Position numbers and translations under genes: made by a program. DNA of 63,736 nt, filler included, from an uncultured Thermoplasmatales archaeon (GTDB lineage Archaea > Thermoplasmatota > E2 > DHVEG-1): NCBI GenBank assembly GCA_964517155.1. It is 4 parts of 4 records of this genome, joined end to end, with 100 filler letters (N's around TTAATTAATTAA, not from the genome) between each part and the next. Parts side by side here need not be neighbours in the genome. Positions count along the whole stretch, not along the records: positions 28,567 to 57,692 come from CAZFAZ010000040.1; 3 more parts are not named here. One strand, given 5' to 3'. The notes beneath the pieces were generated by a model that saw nothing but the letters and a program-made list of their open reading frames with translations, had not been told where the DNA came from and made no database searches. Shown here piece by piece: positions 28,686-39,127 of this stretch (position 1 is the first letter of the stretch; each line of letters opens with the position of its first letter).

Positions 28686-29462
28686 ATGATGAAATACATA
28701 TACGGCCCAGTTGCTTCATGGAAACTTGGCAAATCACTCGGTGTAGATCTTTTATGCCGGCCTGGAAAAACATGTTCTTTTGACTGCATCTATTGTCGAT
28801 CAGAAAATACTGAAAACATAACAAAACAAAGACAAAACTTTATAAAAATACCTGAACTTATAAAAGAATTAAAAGAAGCTTTAAAAAAGACTAAACCTGA
28901 TATAATAACATTATCAGGAATGGGAGAACCTACTCTTGCAAAAAATATAGATGAGGCAATAAATAAAATTAGAAAAATAACAGACATTCCTATTGCAATA
29001 CTTACAAATTCTACTTTGTTTTATGATAAAAAAGTAACAGATGCTTTAAAAAAGTTGATATAATCGTTGCAAAATTAGATGCACCCGAACCTGAGGTTTT
29101 CAATAAAATAAGCAGACCTGCAAAAGAAATTACCTTTGAAGAAACACTAAAAAAACAAAACATAAAAAAAACTCAGATCTGAATTCAAAGGAAAATTTGC
29201 GCTTCAAATAATGTTTATGAATAAAAACAAAAAATATGCGAAAGAAATTACAGATATCGCAAGAGGAATAAACCCAGACGAAGTACAAATTAATACTCCA
29301 ACAAGACCCTGCAATATCAACCTGCTTTCTGTAAAAGAGTTAGGCGAAATAGAAAAAGAATTCTTTGGACTTAACATAATATCTGTATATCACAGCACAA
29401 AACCAAAGACGGACCCACTTGGTAAAATAGAGATTTTTAAAAGGCGAAGGCGAGAGGTCTAA
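28686..29462 (+). pseudogene. Frameshifted radical SAM protein, paralogue of 15335-16312
   Basis: YGPVASWKLGKSLG, CSFDCIYC, GMGEPTL; continues in other frames (VDIIVAKLDA..., FALQIMF...QINTPTRP) across A-tracts at ~29048 and ~29150-29171. Confidence 0.75.
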
Positions 29463-29912
29463 ATGAAACAAATACCAGTTGAACTAAAAGTAATAGGAAT
29501 AATTCATTCACCATATAAAACAAGAGAACAAGCACCAAGACAAGGGACAAATGATACGTCAGAAATAGAGATATACAACGAATATGAAGAAGGTCTTACA
29601 GATATAGAAGAATATTCACACATTCATCTTTTCTATTGGCTTCATAAATCAAAAGGATACAGCCTCATGGTACAAACCCTGTGGGAAAAAGAAAAACATG
29701 GTGTTTTTGTTACTCGTTCACCAAATCATCCAAACCCTATTGGCTACTCGGTTGTAAAACTTGTTGAAAGAAAAAATAATATCTTAAAAGTAAAAGGACT
29801 TGATGCAATTAAAGGAACACCTGTAATAGATATAAAACCTTACATAAAAAGAATAGACCAAAAAGAAAACATTGTATCTGGTTGGAGTGAAAACATAGAT
29901 TTTAAATTTTAA
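29463..29912 (+). CDS. trmO: TrmO/TsaA-like tRNA m6t6A37 methyltransferase
   Basis: IGIIHSPY, APRQG, GVFVTRSP.HPNPIG, LDAIKGTPVIDIKPY. Confidence 0.88.
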   Translation: MKQIPVELKVIGIIHSPYKTREQAPRQGTNDTSEIEIYNEYEEGLTDIEEYSHIHLFYWLHKSKGYSLMVQTLWEKEKHGVFVTRSPNHPNPIGYSVVKLVERKNNILKVKGLDAIKGTPVIDIKPYIKRIDQKENIVSGWSENIDFKF

Positions 29913-30531
29913 CAAATTCAGAATTGTTTAATGTCTTACCCACTAACTCTTTTACATTTATTTTATTTTCTTCTTGCAGTATCTTCTCAATTTTAGCGCT
30001 TGTTGAAGGTTTATCAGGAACCGCAGTACAGCCAGAAGATGGTTTAATTGAATATTCATATGTGCCAATTTCTTTTGCAATCAAAATTATCTCTTCTTTA
30101 TCAAAACCGATTAAAGGACGTAAAACCGGTATTTTTATTGATTCTTCAATTGTTTTAATATTCTGAAGCGTTTGAGATGCAACCTGGCCCAGATTATCAC
30201 CAGTAACTATTGCATCTGCATCATATTTCTCTGCAATTTTTTCAGCGTATCTAAGCATCATACGTTTACAAAAAACACAGGTAAATTTATTGTCGCAGTT
30301 TTTTTTGTATTCTAAAAGATTATTTCCATGAGATACAATAATTAATTTAGTTGGACAAACTATTTTTTTAGAAAGATATTTTGCTAAATCTAAAAATTTC
30401 TTTTTTTCAGAAATATCAGAAAAAGGCTGTGTGTCTGCATGAACAAGTATTATTTCATCTGCTTTTTTACTTATTAGAAAAGTTGCAACAGGTGAATCTA
30501 TACCACTTGAGAGAAGGCTTACTATTTTCAT
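29902..30531 (-). CDS. ThiI-like PP-loop sulfurtransferase, catalytic domain only
   Basis: LLSSGIDSPVA, CVFCKR.M, TGDNLGQVASQTL, LRPLIGFDKEEI. Confidence 0.85.
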   Translation of the reverse strand: MKIVSLLSSGIDSPVATFLISKKADEIILVHADTQPFSDISEKKKFLDLAKYLSKKIVCPTKLIIVSHGNNLLEYKKNCDNKFTCVFCKRMMLRYAEKIAEKYDADAIVTGDNLGQVASQTLQNIKTIEESIKIPVLRPLIGFDKEEIILIAKEIGTYEYSIKPSSGCTAVPDKPSTSAKIEKILQEENKINVKELVGKTLNNSEFVKI

Positions 30532-30839
30532 GATGTTTCAAGGCTTATATAGTCAAGATAGTCTTTAAGTCCACCGATAACCGGTAAAACAATAATATCT
30601 GGTACCTCATAAGTATGAAGTTGTTTAATGCGCTGAATTGCTTTTTTAACGTTTTGATCAATGGTTTTTGCAATTAAAACTACTTCATTTGAGTTTTCAA
30701 TTTTTCCTTTCCAGCGGTAAACAGATTCAACGTTTGGTATAATATTTACACATGCTGCAATTTGCTCTTCGGTTAAAGCTTGCGCGATTCTTCTTGCAGC
30801 CTTAATATCATCAATTGTTGTGTATATTGCCGCTACCAT
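30528..30839 (-). CDS. cutA: Divalent-cation tolerance protein CutA
   Basis: AACVNI, SVYRWKG, HTYEVPDI. Confidence 0.92.
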   Translation of the reverse strand: MVAAIYTTIDDIKAARRIAQALTEEQIAACVNIIPNVESVYRWKGKIENSNEVVLIAKTIDQNVKKAIQRIKQLHTYEVPDIIVLPVIGGLKDYLDYISLETS

Positions 30840-30880
30840 AAAACGCCCCTTATACAAAATCTAATAAAGAAAAGAGCTTT

Positions 30881-31300
30881 TTAGTGTTTTGCATTAAAGA
30901 CTTTTTTAAAATCAAGAGATAACAGGATACCACCAATATTTTTATCAGACGCATAAAACAAATGACTGCTGCATCTGCAATCGCTACAGCCAAAACCAGC
31001 AATGTTTTCTAATTTTTCATTTAAAATCTGTGCAATTCTACATTCTTCTTTAATTGTATTTTCTTTGAGATATACTTCTAAAATTTCTGCTTTTTCTAAA
31101 AGATAATCTATATGCCAATGAAATTTTTTCTCCTTACTTAAATGACGATTAATGCGTTTTTCTAAATTATTCATTGAACTTCCAACATAAACATAAAAGC
31201 CTTTTTTGAAAAATAATTTGCCAATTTTGCCGATTTGGATTTTTTGAGAAGTTTTTAGCCCTATAATTAAAATATAGCATCCTTTCATATTAAAATCCAT
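30881..31300 (-). CDS. GIY-YIG/DUF123 endonuclease-like protein
   Basis: GCYIL, YVYVGS, HWHIDYLL, GFGCSDCRCSSHL. Confidence 0.88.
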   Translation of the reverse strand: MDFNMKGCYILIIGLKTSQKIQIGKIGKLFFKKGFYVYVGSSMNNLEKRINRHLSKEKKFHWHIDYLLEKAEILEVYLKENTIKEECRIAQILNEKLENIAGFGCSDCRCSSHLFYASDKNIGGILLSLDFKKVFNAKH

Positions 31301-31353
31301 TCTTATCTAACTTTAGATTTGTATGTCAATATGTTTATTATTACTATTATTAT

Positions 31354-32085
31354 TTAAAAATTACAGCAAACATCTCCATTTTCTTTTAACCATTTTTGTT
31401 TCTCTTTGTAATCAGGCATTGCTTTTTCAACTAGTGTCCAGAAACGCTTTGAATGATTATGTTCGATGAGATGCGCGAGTTCATGAATGCATACATAATC
31501 AAAAACATCTTCTGGTGTAAATAAAAGCCTTGTTGAAATGTTAATGTTGCCTTTATGGGAACAACTCCCCCATTTTGATTTATGATTTTTAAAGTGTACC
31601 TTATTGATTTTTTGTTTGAAATGTTGTTTATTTAATGCATCGATTTTTTCTTTTAACTCTGGTAATTTTTTGTGTGCAATACATCTGCTCAGAAGATTTG
31701 AAATGTGATTATTTTGCTCTTGTTTTGACAATTGTGAAGAAATACGAAGGTAAATATTATCACCTTTTAATTTTGCTGAACTACTTGCTTTGTCTTTGTG
31801 TTCAATGTTAAGAATGTATCTTTCTTTACCTACATTAAAAACATCTTTATCATGATAATTCTTGCATGGTTTTGGTTTAAATTTCTCAGGGTTTGAGCGT
31901 ATTTTTTCCTCAGCCCATTTTTTCATCTTGTTTAACTGATTATTTTTTTCTTTTTGACTAAGAAACGAAGGAATTCTAATGTTAATTATTTGCTTTCGGA
32001 TAGATACAGTTGTGTTTTTTCGTCTTTCATAATGAATCTTTACAGTGTAATCAACACCGTTTACAGCCATAATTTCAAGATTCAT
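31354..32085 (-). CDS. YgjP/DUF45 zinc metallohydrolase
   Basis: KWGSCS, YVCIHELAHL..NHS..FW. Confidence 0.9.
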   Translation of the reverse strand: MNLEIMAVNGVDYTVKIHYERRKNTTVSIRKQIINIRIPSFLSQKEKNNQLNKMKKWAEEKIRSNPEKFKPKPCKNYHDKDVFNVGKERYILNIEHKDKASSSAKLKGDNIYLRISSQLSKQEQNNHISNLLSRCIAHKKLPELKEKIDALNKQHFKQKINKVHFKNHKSKWGSCSHKGNINISTRLLFTPEDVFDYVCIHELAHLIEHNHSKRFWTLVEKAMPDYKEKQKWLKENGDVCCNF

Positions 32086-32804
32086 ATGTTTTCAACAACT
32101 TTTTCAAAATCTTTCATAAAATTGCTATTCATAAGTTTATCAGGAAAACCAATTGCGCCTTCAAGATCCCAGTCATAAGAAACTTTACCAAGATATTTGA
32201 AGTTTTTTTCTTTTGCATACTCTTGAATTAATGTTAAATCATTAATTTTCATATTTTCAACAATACCTAAAATTGGTAGTTTTAATTCTTCTAAAATGTT
32301 TAAAAGTTTATCAACTGCACCAAGAGCAACCTTTGAAGGAGTACTTACAACCATAAACTCTGATTTTTTAATAAGATTAATGACATCAAGTGTTTCATCT
32401 CCAATTCCAGGCGGCATATCAATTATTAAATAATCTAATTCTTCCCAACGGGTAATCGCAAGCAGTTCAATTATTACATTTGTAATATCTACTCCTCGCA
32501 GTGGTGCAGGTTTATTCTGTGTAAAATAAACAATACTCATAAAATTGATATCAGCAACTTGATGCGGAAGAATTCCTTTTTCTTCCTCGGGAAAACTAAA
32601 GTCAGTAACACCAAGTATTATATGAGAAGATGGACCATATATATCTAAATCAAGCAATCCTACACTATGACCTTTTTTTGAAAGATTAATTGCAAGACTT
32701 GCAGCAACTAGGCTTTTACCAACGCCGCCTTTGCCACTAGCAACAGAGATGATGCGTTTAATCTTACTAAGTCTTTTGTCAATTACGCTGAGCCTTGCAT
32801 CCAT
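32082..32804 (-). CDS. Mrp/NBP35-family ATPase, probably ATPase-type HypB partner of HypA
   Basis: SGKGGVGKS, DLDIYGPS, DMPPGIGD; coupled to hypA. Confidence 0.85.
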   Translation of the reverse strand: MDARLSVIDKRLSKIKRIISVASGKGGVGKSLVAASLAINLSKKGHSVGLLDLDIYGPSSHIILGVTDFSFPEEEKGILPHQVADINFMSIVYFTQNKPAPLRGVDITNVIIELLAITRWEELDYLIIDMPPGIGDETLDVINLIKKSEFMVVSTPSKVALGAVDKLLNILEELKLPILGIVENMKINDLTLIQEYAKEKNFKYLGKVSYDWDLEGAIGFPDKLMNSNFMKDFEKVVENI

Positions 32805-33217
32805 TATTTCTCTCCTTTAATCTGAGTAATAGAAACCCCGCGGCCGGTAGTAATCTCAAAATCAGGACTACCGCATTTAGGACAACGAGTGTGAACAAAA
32901 GTAGTCTCAGGAATAAAATGTATTGATTCACCCTCATCTTCACTTATTTTTTTCTTCATATCAGAAAAAGACCAAGCATTCCCACAATTTTTACATTTAA
33001 GATTACTTTCTTCAACCTCAATTGTAATCTTTGTATTTTTAAGAATTCCACCTTGTTCTTTGATTATTTCATCTAATGCAAATTTAAAGATATCTTCTTC
33101 AATCTGTTGAAGTTCACCGAGTGCTATTTTTATCTCTTTGATTTTTTTCATTTTTTCTTTTTCTGCTGCTTCAACTGCTGCCGTTAGTATTGATTCTGCA
33201 AGTGCCCATTCATGCAT
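32804..33217 (-). CDS. hypA: Hydrogenase nickel incorporation protein HypA
   Basis: MHEWALA, GELQQ, CKNC...CPKCGS, GRG. Confidence 0.95.
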   Translation of the reverse strand: MHEWALAESILTAAVEAAEKEKMKKIKEIKIALGELQQIEEDIFKFALDEIIKEQGGILKNTKITIEVEESNLKCKNCGNAWSFSDMKKKISEDEGESIHFIPETTFVHTRCPKCGSPDFEITTGRGVSITQIKGEK

Positions 33218-33297
33218 ACAGAAAAAACGTAAAAGAAGACTTGGTTTAAATTTTGCTGTAGAAAAGTAAAAAAACCATTGTCAAATTCCTCGTTTTT

Positions 33298-34311
33298 ATG
33301 AAATACAATAAAAAAGAGTTACTAAAAGAAAAAGTAGAACATATTGACATTAAAAAAATTGATTCAATACAATTAATCGATAGTTTTGATAAAATGGCTT
33401 TTCAAAGTCGTAATCTTGCACGTGCCTGTAAAATATATGATACAATGATTAAAGATAAAGATTGCAGTGTTTTTTTGTGTCTTGCAGGATCCCTTGTTTC
33501 TGCAGGTCTTAAAAAAGTAATAATTGACCTTGTCAAACACAATATGGTTGATGTGATAGTTTCAACTGGTGCAATAGTTGTTGATCAAGATTTTTTTGAA
33601 GGACTTGGATTTTATCACTATAAAGGTTTTGTAAATGCAGATGATGATGAACTCAGAAAACTTATGATCGATAGAATATATGATACATTCATCGATGAAG
33701 AAGATTTGCGTGTTTGTGATATGACTACAAAAGAAATTGCAGATACAATGAAACCAGGTGCATATAGCTCTCGCGAGTTTATCTATAACATGGGAGAATA
33801 CCTGGACAAACACGGTAAACAAGAATCATTTGTACATGAGGCATTCAAAAAACAAGTTCCAATATTTTGCCCTGCTTTTTCAGATAGTAGTGCTGGTTTT
33901 GGTCTTGTGTTTCATCAAACCGAGAAAAAAGAGCATATATCAATTGATTCAGTAAAAGATTTCAGGGAACTTACCCAGATAAAAGTTAAATCAAAAGATT
34001 CAGGTCTTTTAATGATAGGCGGAGGTGTACCAAAAAATTTTGTTCAAGATACAGTAGTTGCCTGTGATATATTAGGTGTCGATGCACCGATGCACAAATA
34101 TGCAATTCAACTTACGGTTGCAGATGAACGTGATGGAGCACTTTCTGGTTCAACATTAAAAGAAGCAAACAGCTGGGGAAAAGTTGATATTGGCCTTGAA
34201 CAGATGGTTTACGGTGAGGCAACGATTACATTTCCACTACTTGCAAGCTATGCTTATCATAAAGGAAACTGGAAAAATAGATCTGAAAAAAAGTTTAACA
34301 AGATTTTTTAA
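33298..34311 (+). CDS. dys: Deoxyhypusine synthase family protein
   Basis: DSSAG, IGGGVPKN, GALSGST..EANSWGK (catalytic Lys present), EATI.FP. Confidence 0.85.
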   Translation: MKYNKKELLKEKVEHIDIKKIDSIQLIDSFDKMAFQSRNLARACKIYDTMIKDKDCSVFLCLAGSLVSAGLKKVIIDLVKHNMVDVIVSTGAIVVDQDFFEGLGFYHYKGFVNADDDELRKLMIDRIYDTFIDEEDLRVCDMTTKEIADTMKPGAYSSREFIYNMGEYLDKHGKQESFVHEAFKKQVPIFCPAFSDSSAGFGLVFHQTEKKEHISIDSVKDFRELTQIKVKSKDSGLLMIGGGVPKNFVQDTVVACDILGVDAPMHKYAIQLTVADERDGALSGSTLKEANSWGKVDIGLEQMVYGEATITFPLLASYAYHKGNWKNRSEKKFNKIF

Positions 34312-34348
34312 TGCAAAATCTTATAATAAAATTATAAGATAACCTTTA

Positions 34349-35269
34349 TTGAATAGAGGGGTATTAAATTTGGATAATTGGAAAAATTCAGTTTTACTTG
34401 AATCGGTTTTAAAGGCACTGCATACTGTTGCGAGTAGGCGCACTAGTATTCGTATGGCCGATGAAGCAATAGGTGCATCAATTAAAACACTGGAAAATAA
34501 GTACGATTTTTTTAAATATATAAACACTGGTGGCAAAAAAGGCATTTCACAAAGTGGTTTTGCGGTTAGTGTTTCACCGGATATAAATACAGTAAGTCCT
34601 GAGCGCGTAGGTAAAGCAATAGAAGCACTTATCCGAGTTGTTTACAATGATGTTGGCAACGAAGCAGGCTTATATTTTATAACAGAACTAAAGGAACATA
34701 CTGGTGAAAATATAACTAAAATGATAAATAATTTAGATGTCGATCTTGATCAAGTTCAGCTAGAGCAACATTACGCTTTTCGCAGGCAAGAACGGAAAAA
34801 TAAAATTCAAAAAATGGCAAGCACTGGTAGACTTAGCAGCAAACAACCAGATAATCTACTTGGTTACACTTGGGATAGTGTTTCATCTTGGCGCCATGAT
34901 CCTAATAGCAAATATTGTACGCTTTATGATAAAGAAGGAAAGGTTATTGATAGATTAAACTTAGATAGAATCATCCAAAATTATGTCGAAAAACTTTCAG
35001 GATATATTGATGTTGATCCTCGTGAAATTGAGCGTGAAAGCCAGCTTTATGAAAAAGAATACAAACTTCTAAAATTGATGCTTGAGCGAGATATGGATGC
35101 AGAAACTGCACAGCATATGTTAAATGTATCTCGTGATGATCTTAATAATATGATTAAGAAGTTATCAGAGATGGAGATGCTTCAGTTTGTAAGCTTTGAT
35201 ACAATTGAGATTACTGAGACAGGCATTGGTTATATTTCAAGAAAAGAAAAAGACAAAGAAAAACAATAA
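34349..35269 (+). CDS. Hypothetical protein with C-terminal winged-helix-like segment
   Basis: 306 aa ORF; ..L.KLSEMEML...I.ITETG. Confidence 0.75.
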   Translation: MNRGVLNLDNWKNSVLLESVLKALHTVASRRTSIRMADEAIGASIKTLENKYDFFKYINTGGKKGISQSGFAVSVSPDINTVSPERVGKAIEALIRVVYNDVGNEAGLYFITELKEHTGENITKMINNLDVDLDQVQLEQHYAFRRQERKNKIQKMASTGRLSSKQPDNLLGYTWDSVSSWRHDPNSKYCTLYDKEGKVIDRLNLDRIIQNYVEKLSGYIDVDPREIERESQLYEKEYKLLKLMLERDMDAETAQHMLNVSRDDLNNMIKKLSEMEMLQFVSFDTIEITETGIGYISRKEKDKEKQ

Positions 35270-35396
35270 ATATTTTTAAAACTCCGTGGGTTTAAATTCC
35301 TTTAACATTCATAAATTTTAGAATAGAACTAACTAATACAAAAAAAGTTGTATAGATGAGGTTAATCCCGAAATATTTTTATATCAATCCCTTTAT

Positions 35397-35423
35397 GTAG
35401 CACAAAATCGTAAAAAGTAACAC
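35397..35423 (+). promoter_or_regulatory. Candidate NikR operator
   Basis: GTAGCAC-N13-GTAACAC just downstream of TATA (TTTATAT 35378-84), over the expected transcription start. Confidence 0.6.
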
Positions 35424-35434
35424 GAGGCTATTGT

Positions 35435-36556
35435 ATGAAAAAAAAACTAATATACATAGTTATAATTACGCTTTTGATAACAACCGTCTTTTCAGGGTGC
35501 ATGGATACCGATAGCGCCTCTGCAGAAAAAACGGTAACTGATATAAGAGGAAGAGAAATAAATATCCCTAAAGAAATTAACAGCATAATTGCCCTTGGAG
35601 CTTGCTCTTTAAGGATACTAAGCTATTTTGATTCTATTAATAATGTAATAGCAGTAGATGAACAAGAAAAAATAGATACTGCCATGTTTCAGGGAAGCTA
35701 TTTTGAAAGTTCTACATATCGTATTGCTTTCCCTGAACTAAGGAACCTTTCCTCCATAGGAAGCTCCAGCCCAGTAAATGTAGAAGAAATTATTGCAAAA
35801 GGCCCAGATATTGTATTAAGTTCGACAGCAGATGTAAGCATTCTTAATGATCTTCAGCAGAGCTTAGGAATTCCTGTGGTTGCAATCAACGCTGACCTTG
35901 AAATGGATGATGAAGATTTTTTTAATCAAATTACCATCATCGGAGAGATTCTTTCAGAAGAAAAAAGAGCAGAAGAGTTAAATGAGGCGATTTATAACAT
36001 CATACAAGATCTTTCTAGTCGCTCAGAAAATGTAGCTGAAAATAAAACAGCATACGCCGCAGGAATGTTTTATTATGGCGGTGGCGGGCTTTTAAAAACA
36101 AGCGGCGATTACCTTCCGTTCACTTTTACAGGTGTCAATAATGTTATGCCTTCAAGTACAGCAGGTGTAGGAAAACAGCCATATAGTACAGATATTGAAA
36201 CACTAGTTGAAAAAAATCCTGAATTTGTATTTATTGATTCCATCACAGAAGATGTATGCAAAAATAATTATTATGATAATAGAGAACTTTTAGATGAAAA
36301 TGTTATAGCATTTGCAAACCATTCTGTTTATACTACTCTTGTTTACAAAAATTACGGAACAAACTGGGAAAATCAAATTATAAATATGTACTATGTTGGA
36401 TCAATTGTCTATCCTGAACTATACAGTGATATCAACATTGAAGAAAAAGCAGAGGAGATATGGCATCTTTTCTTTCAGAAAAATCTAGATTATGAGGATG
36501 CAGTTGAAAAAATGAATGGACCCGGGCTTTCAAAAGTAGACTGGTGGGAAGACTAA
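35435..36556 (+). CDS. ABC transporter substrate-binding lipoprotein (BtuF/FecB type)
   Basis: Lipobox FSGC, TD.RGREI.IP, NVEEII..GPD. Confidence 0.9.
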   Translation: MKKKLIYIVIITLLITTVFSGCMDTDSASAEKTVTDIRGREINIPKEINSIIALGACSLRILSYFDSINNVIAVDEQEKIDTAMFQGSYFESSTYRIAFPELRNLSSIGSSSPVNVEEIIAKGPDIVLSSTADVSILNDLQQSLGIPVVAINADLEMDDEDFFNQITIIGEILSEEKRAEELNEAIYNIIQDLSSRSENVAENKTAYAAGMFYYGGGGLLKTSGDYLPFTFTGVNNVMPSSTAGVGKQPYSTDIETLVEKNPEFVFIDSITEDVCKNNYYDNRELLDENVIAFANHSVYTTLVYKNYGTNWENQIINMYYVGSIVYPELYSDINIEEKAEEIWHLFFQKNLDYEDAVEKMNGPGLSKVDWWED

Positions 36557-36581
36557 AGCGAAAGAGAGTCTGAGAAAATAT

Positions 36582-37700
36582 ATGAGTTGTACAGATAGCA
36601 AAGAATTCCAGAAAAAGCTAAAAGGTATATACAGAGATGATGATTCAAAAGAGTCTACTACGATTCGTAATTATAAGGGTTTTGTCAAGTTCAAAAAGCT
36701 TTTTCTTGTTTTTTCTTTCCTCTTACTGATTGTTTTTATAATTATTGCATTAAATACAGGTGCTTTAAATATTTCCCTTGAAGAAGTGATTGCATATCTT
36801 TTCGGATTTGAAAGAGCAGGAATGGGCCGAGTAATCTGGGATATTAGATTAGTACGTATAATAGGGGCAATACTTGCTGGTGCCGGACTTGCAATATCTG
36901 GAGTAGTAATGCAATGTATTTTAAAAAACCCTTTAGCATCCCCATACACTCTAGGGCTTTCTAGTGCAGCAGCTTTTGGAGCATCATTTGCTATACTTTT
37001 TTTACAAGTGGGAACAAGCACCTCTTCATCGTTTATGGTTATTAACAATCCATATATTGTGACATTGAGTGCTTTTTTATTTAGTATGCTAGCCACAGGT
37101 GTAATACTTTTATTGACAAAGATTACATCAATTTCAGCAGAATCTATGGTTCTTGCAGGAATTGCCATGAACGCTATTTTTTCATCATGCTTGATGCTTA
37201 TGCAATATCTGGCTGACAGCATTCAACTAGCAAACATGATAACATGGTCATTTGGAGATCTCGGCAGAGCTAATTGGACCTGGAATGCGATTATATTTCT
37301 TGTTTTAGTTCCTGTTGCAACCTATTTTATTTACAACAGATGGAACTATAATGCTATGGACTCTGGTGAGGAAACAGCTAGAGGACTTGGAATAAATCCT
37401 GACAGAATAAGGAGTATAGGAATGGTATTGTCATCTTTATTGTGTTCAATAATTGTTTCATTTTTTGGAATTATTGCATTTATAGGACTCCTTGGCCCGC
37501 ATATCTCTAGAATGATTATTGGCGGGGATCACCGCTATCTTATTCCTGCATCCATTATTATTGGAAGTGTTATTCTTTTAATATCAGATACTGCTGCTAA
37601 AACTCTACTTGCTCCCGTCGTTTTGCCTGTTGGTATTTTAACATCCTTACTAGGTGGTCCCTTGTTTATTTTTCTTCTTATCCGGAGGCCACGTAAATGA
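36582..37700 (+). CDS. FecCD/BtuC family permease
   Basis: IRL.R, NPLASPYTLG.SSAAAFG, GIIAFIGL.GPH, LPVG. Confidence 0.93.
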   Translation: MSCTDSKEFQKKLKGIYRDDDSKESTTIRNYKGFVKFKKLFLVFSFLLLIVFIIIALNTGALNISLEEVIAYLFGFERAGMGRVIWDIRLVRIIGAILAGAGLAISGVVMQCILKNPLASPYTLGLSSAAAFGASFAILFLQVGTSTSSSFMVINNPYIVTLSAFLFSMLATGVILLLTKITSISAESMVLAGIAMNAIFSSCLMLMQYLADSIQLANMITWSFGDLGRANWTWNAIIFLVLVPVATYFIYNRWNYNAMDSGEETARGLGINPDRIRSIGMVLSSLLCSIIVSFFGIIAFIGLLGPHISRMIIGGDHRYLIPASIIIGSVILLISDTAAKTLLAPVVLPVGILTSLLGGPLFIFLLIRRPRK

Positions 37701-38452
37701 TATTTGATGTTAGGGATGTTGAGTTTGGATATAAGCGTGCCTCCACTATAAAGGATATCTCGTTTTCCATCGATAAAGGTGATGTTTTAACTATTCTAGG
37801 CCCTAATGGCGTTGGAAAAACAACGCTTCTTAAATGTCTAAACCGAGTGTTATTTCATCGAAGTGGTACAATTATGCTTGATGAAAAGCCTCTTGAATCC
37901 TATTCTAGAAGAGAAGTAGCAAAGAAAATTGGATACGTTCCTCAGAGAGGCTCTCTTTCAGGAATGACAGTTTTTGATTCTATTCTTCTTGGAAGAAAAC
38001 CGCACATTAAATGGGATGCCTCTGATAAAGATCTAAAAATTACGGGGAAGGTTATTGATTTACTGGGACTTGAAAAGTTATCATTAAGAAAGATTAATGA
38101 AATCAGCGGTGGAGAATATCAAATGGTACAAATTGCAAGAGCACTTGTTCAGCAGCCTAAAATCATACTTCTTGATGAGCCGACCAGCAGTCTTGATCTG
38201 AAAAACCAGCATGTTATCATGAGCATAATACAAAAAATCGTTAAGATAAATGATATGGCAGCTGTTATGGCAGTTCATGATTTAAATCAAGCCATCAGAT
38301 ATTCAAATAAATTTCTTCTTATGAAAAATGGTAAATTTATTGCCTCAGGAGGAAAAGAAATTATTACTCCTGATATCATCAAAGAAGTGTATGAAATTGA
38401 CGTACTGGTTGAAGAGGTAAATGGAGCACCCATGGTTCTTCCTCTTGAATAA
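37697..38452 (+). CDS. ABC transporter ATP-binding protein (FecE/BtuD type)
   Basis: GPNGVGKT, ISGGE, LLDEPT, VHDLN. Confidence 0.95.
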   Translation: MIFDVRDVEFGYKRASTIKDISFSIDKGDVLTILGPNGVGKTTLLKCLNRVLFHRSGTIMLDEKPLESYSRREVAKKIGYVPQRGSLSGMTVFDSILLGRKPHIKWDASDKDLKITGKVIDLLGLEKLSLRKINEISGGEYQMVQIARALVQQPKIILLDEPTSSLDLKNQHVIMSIIQKIVKINDMAAVMAVHDLNQAIRYSNKFLLMKNGKFIASGGKEIITPDIIKEVYEIDVLVEEVNGAPMVLPLE

Positions 38453-38469
38453 TAACATAGCGTGATAAA

Positions 38470-39102
38470 ATGAACGGCTATAAAGAAAAATTCAGTGAAC
38501 AAAGAAATTGCACGCAAAAAGAATTTTTTAATCAAAGGGCTCATGAATGGGATAAAAATACTAAACATGATGCAGACAAAATTAAGTATATTCTTTTGCA
38601 ATTAGATTTGAGCGGTAGTGAAAAAATTCTTGATGTTGGTACAGGTACAGGAATTTTAATACCATTTTATATTAAGTATCTTAATTCAGGAACAATCACG
38701 GCTATTGATTTCTCTGAAAAAATGATTGATGTTGCATCATCTAAATACCCCCCTGAAAAATATCCACAAGTTGAATTTATTAGCTCTGATATTTATGATA
38801 TTAATTATTCTAATCATTTTGATATTGTTATGTGTTATTCCTGCTTTCCTCACTTCAAAGATAAACCTCGGGCTATTTCGATTTTTAAAAAAATGTTAAA
38901 ATCTCAGGGAAAACTTGTGGTTGCTCATTCAAATTCCAGGGAGGAAATTAACAGTGTACATATGCAATCAGGAGATGAAATATCAAAAGATATTCTTCCG
39001 ACCAGTTCCGTTCTAAAAAATATGATTCAAACAGCTGGATTCAAAGTCATTTTTGAAAGAGATGATGAGAATTTTTTCATAATGATTGCTGAGAAAGTTT
39101 AA
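38470..39102 (+). CDS. Class I SAM-dependent methyltransferase
   Basis: LDVGTGTG, DFSEKM, YSCFPHF. Confidence 0.9.
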   Translation: MNGYKEKFSEQRNCTQKEFFNQRAHEWDKNTKHDADKIKYILLQLDLSGSEKILDVGTGTGILIPFYIKYLNSGTITAIDFSEKMIDVASSKYPPEKYPQVEFISSDIYDINYSNHFDIVMCYSCFPHFKDKPRAISIFKKMLKSQGKLVVAHSNSREEINSVHMQSGDEISKDILPTSSVLKNMIQTAGFKVIFERDDENFFIMIAEKV

Positions 39103-39127
39103 GATTTTGGGAGAGATTATGCTGTTT

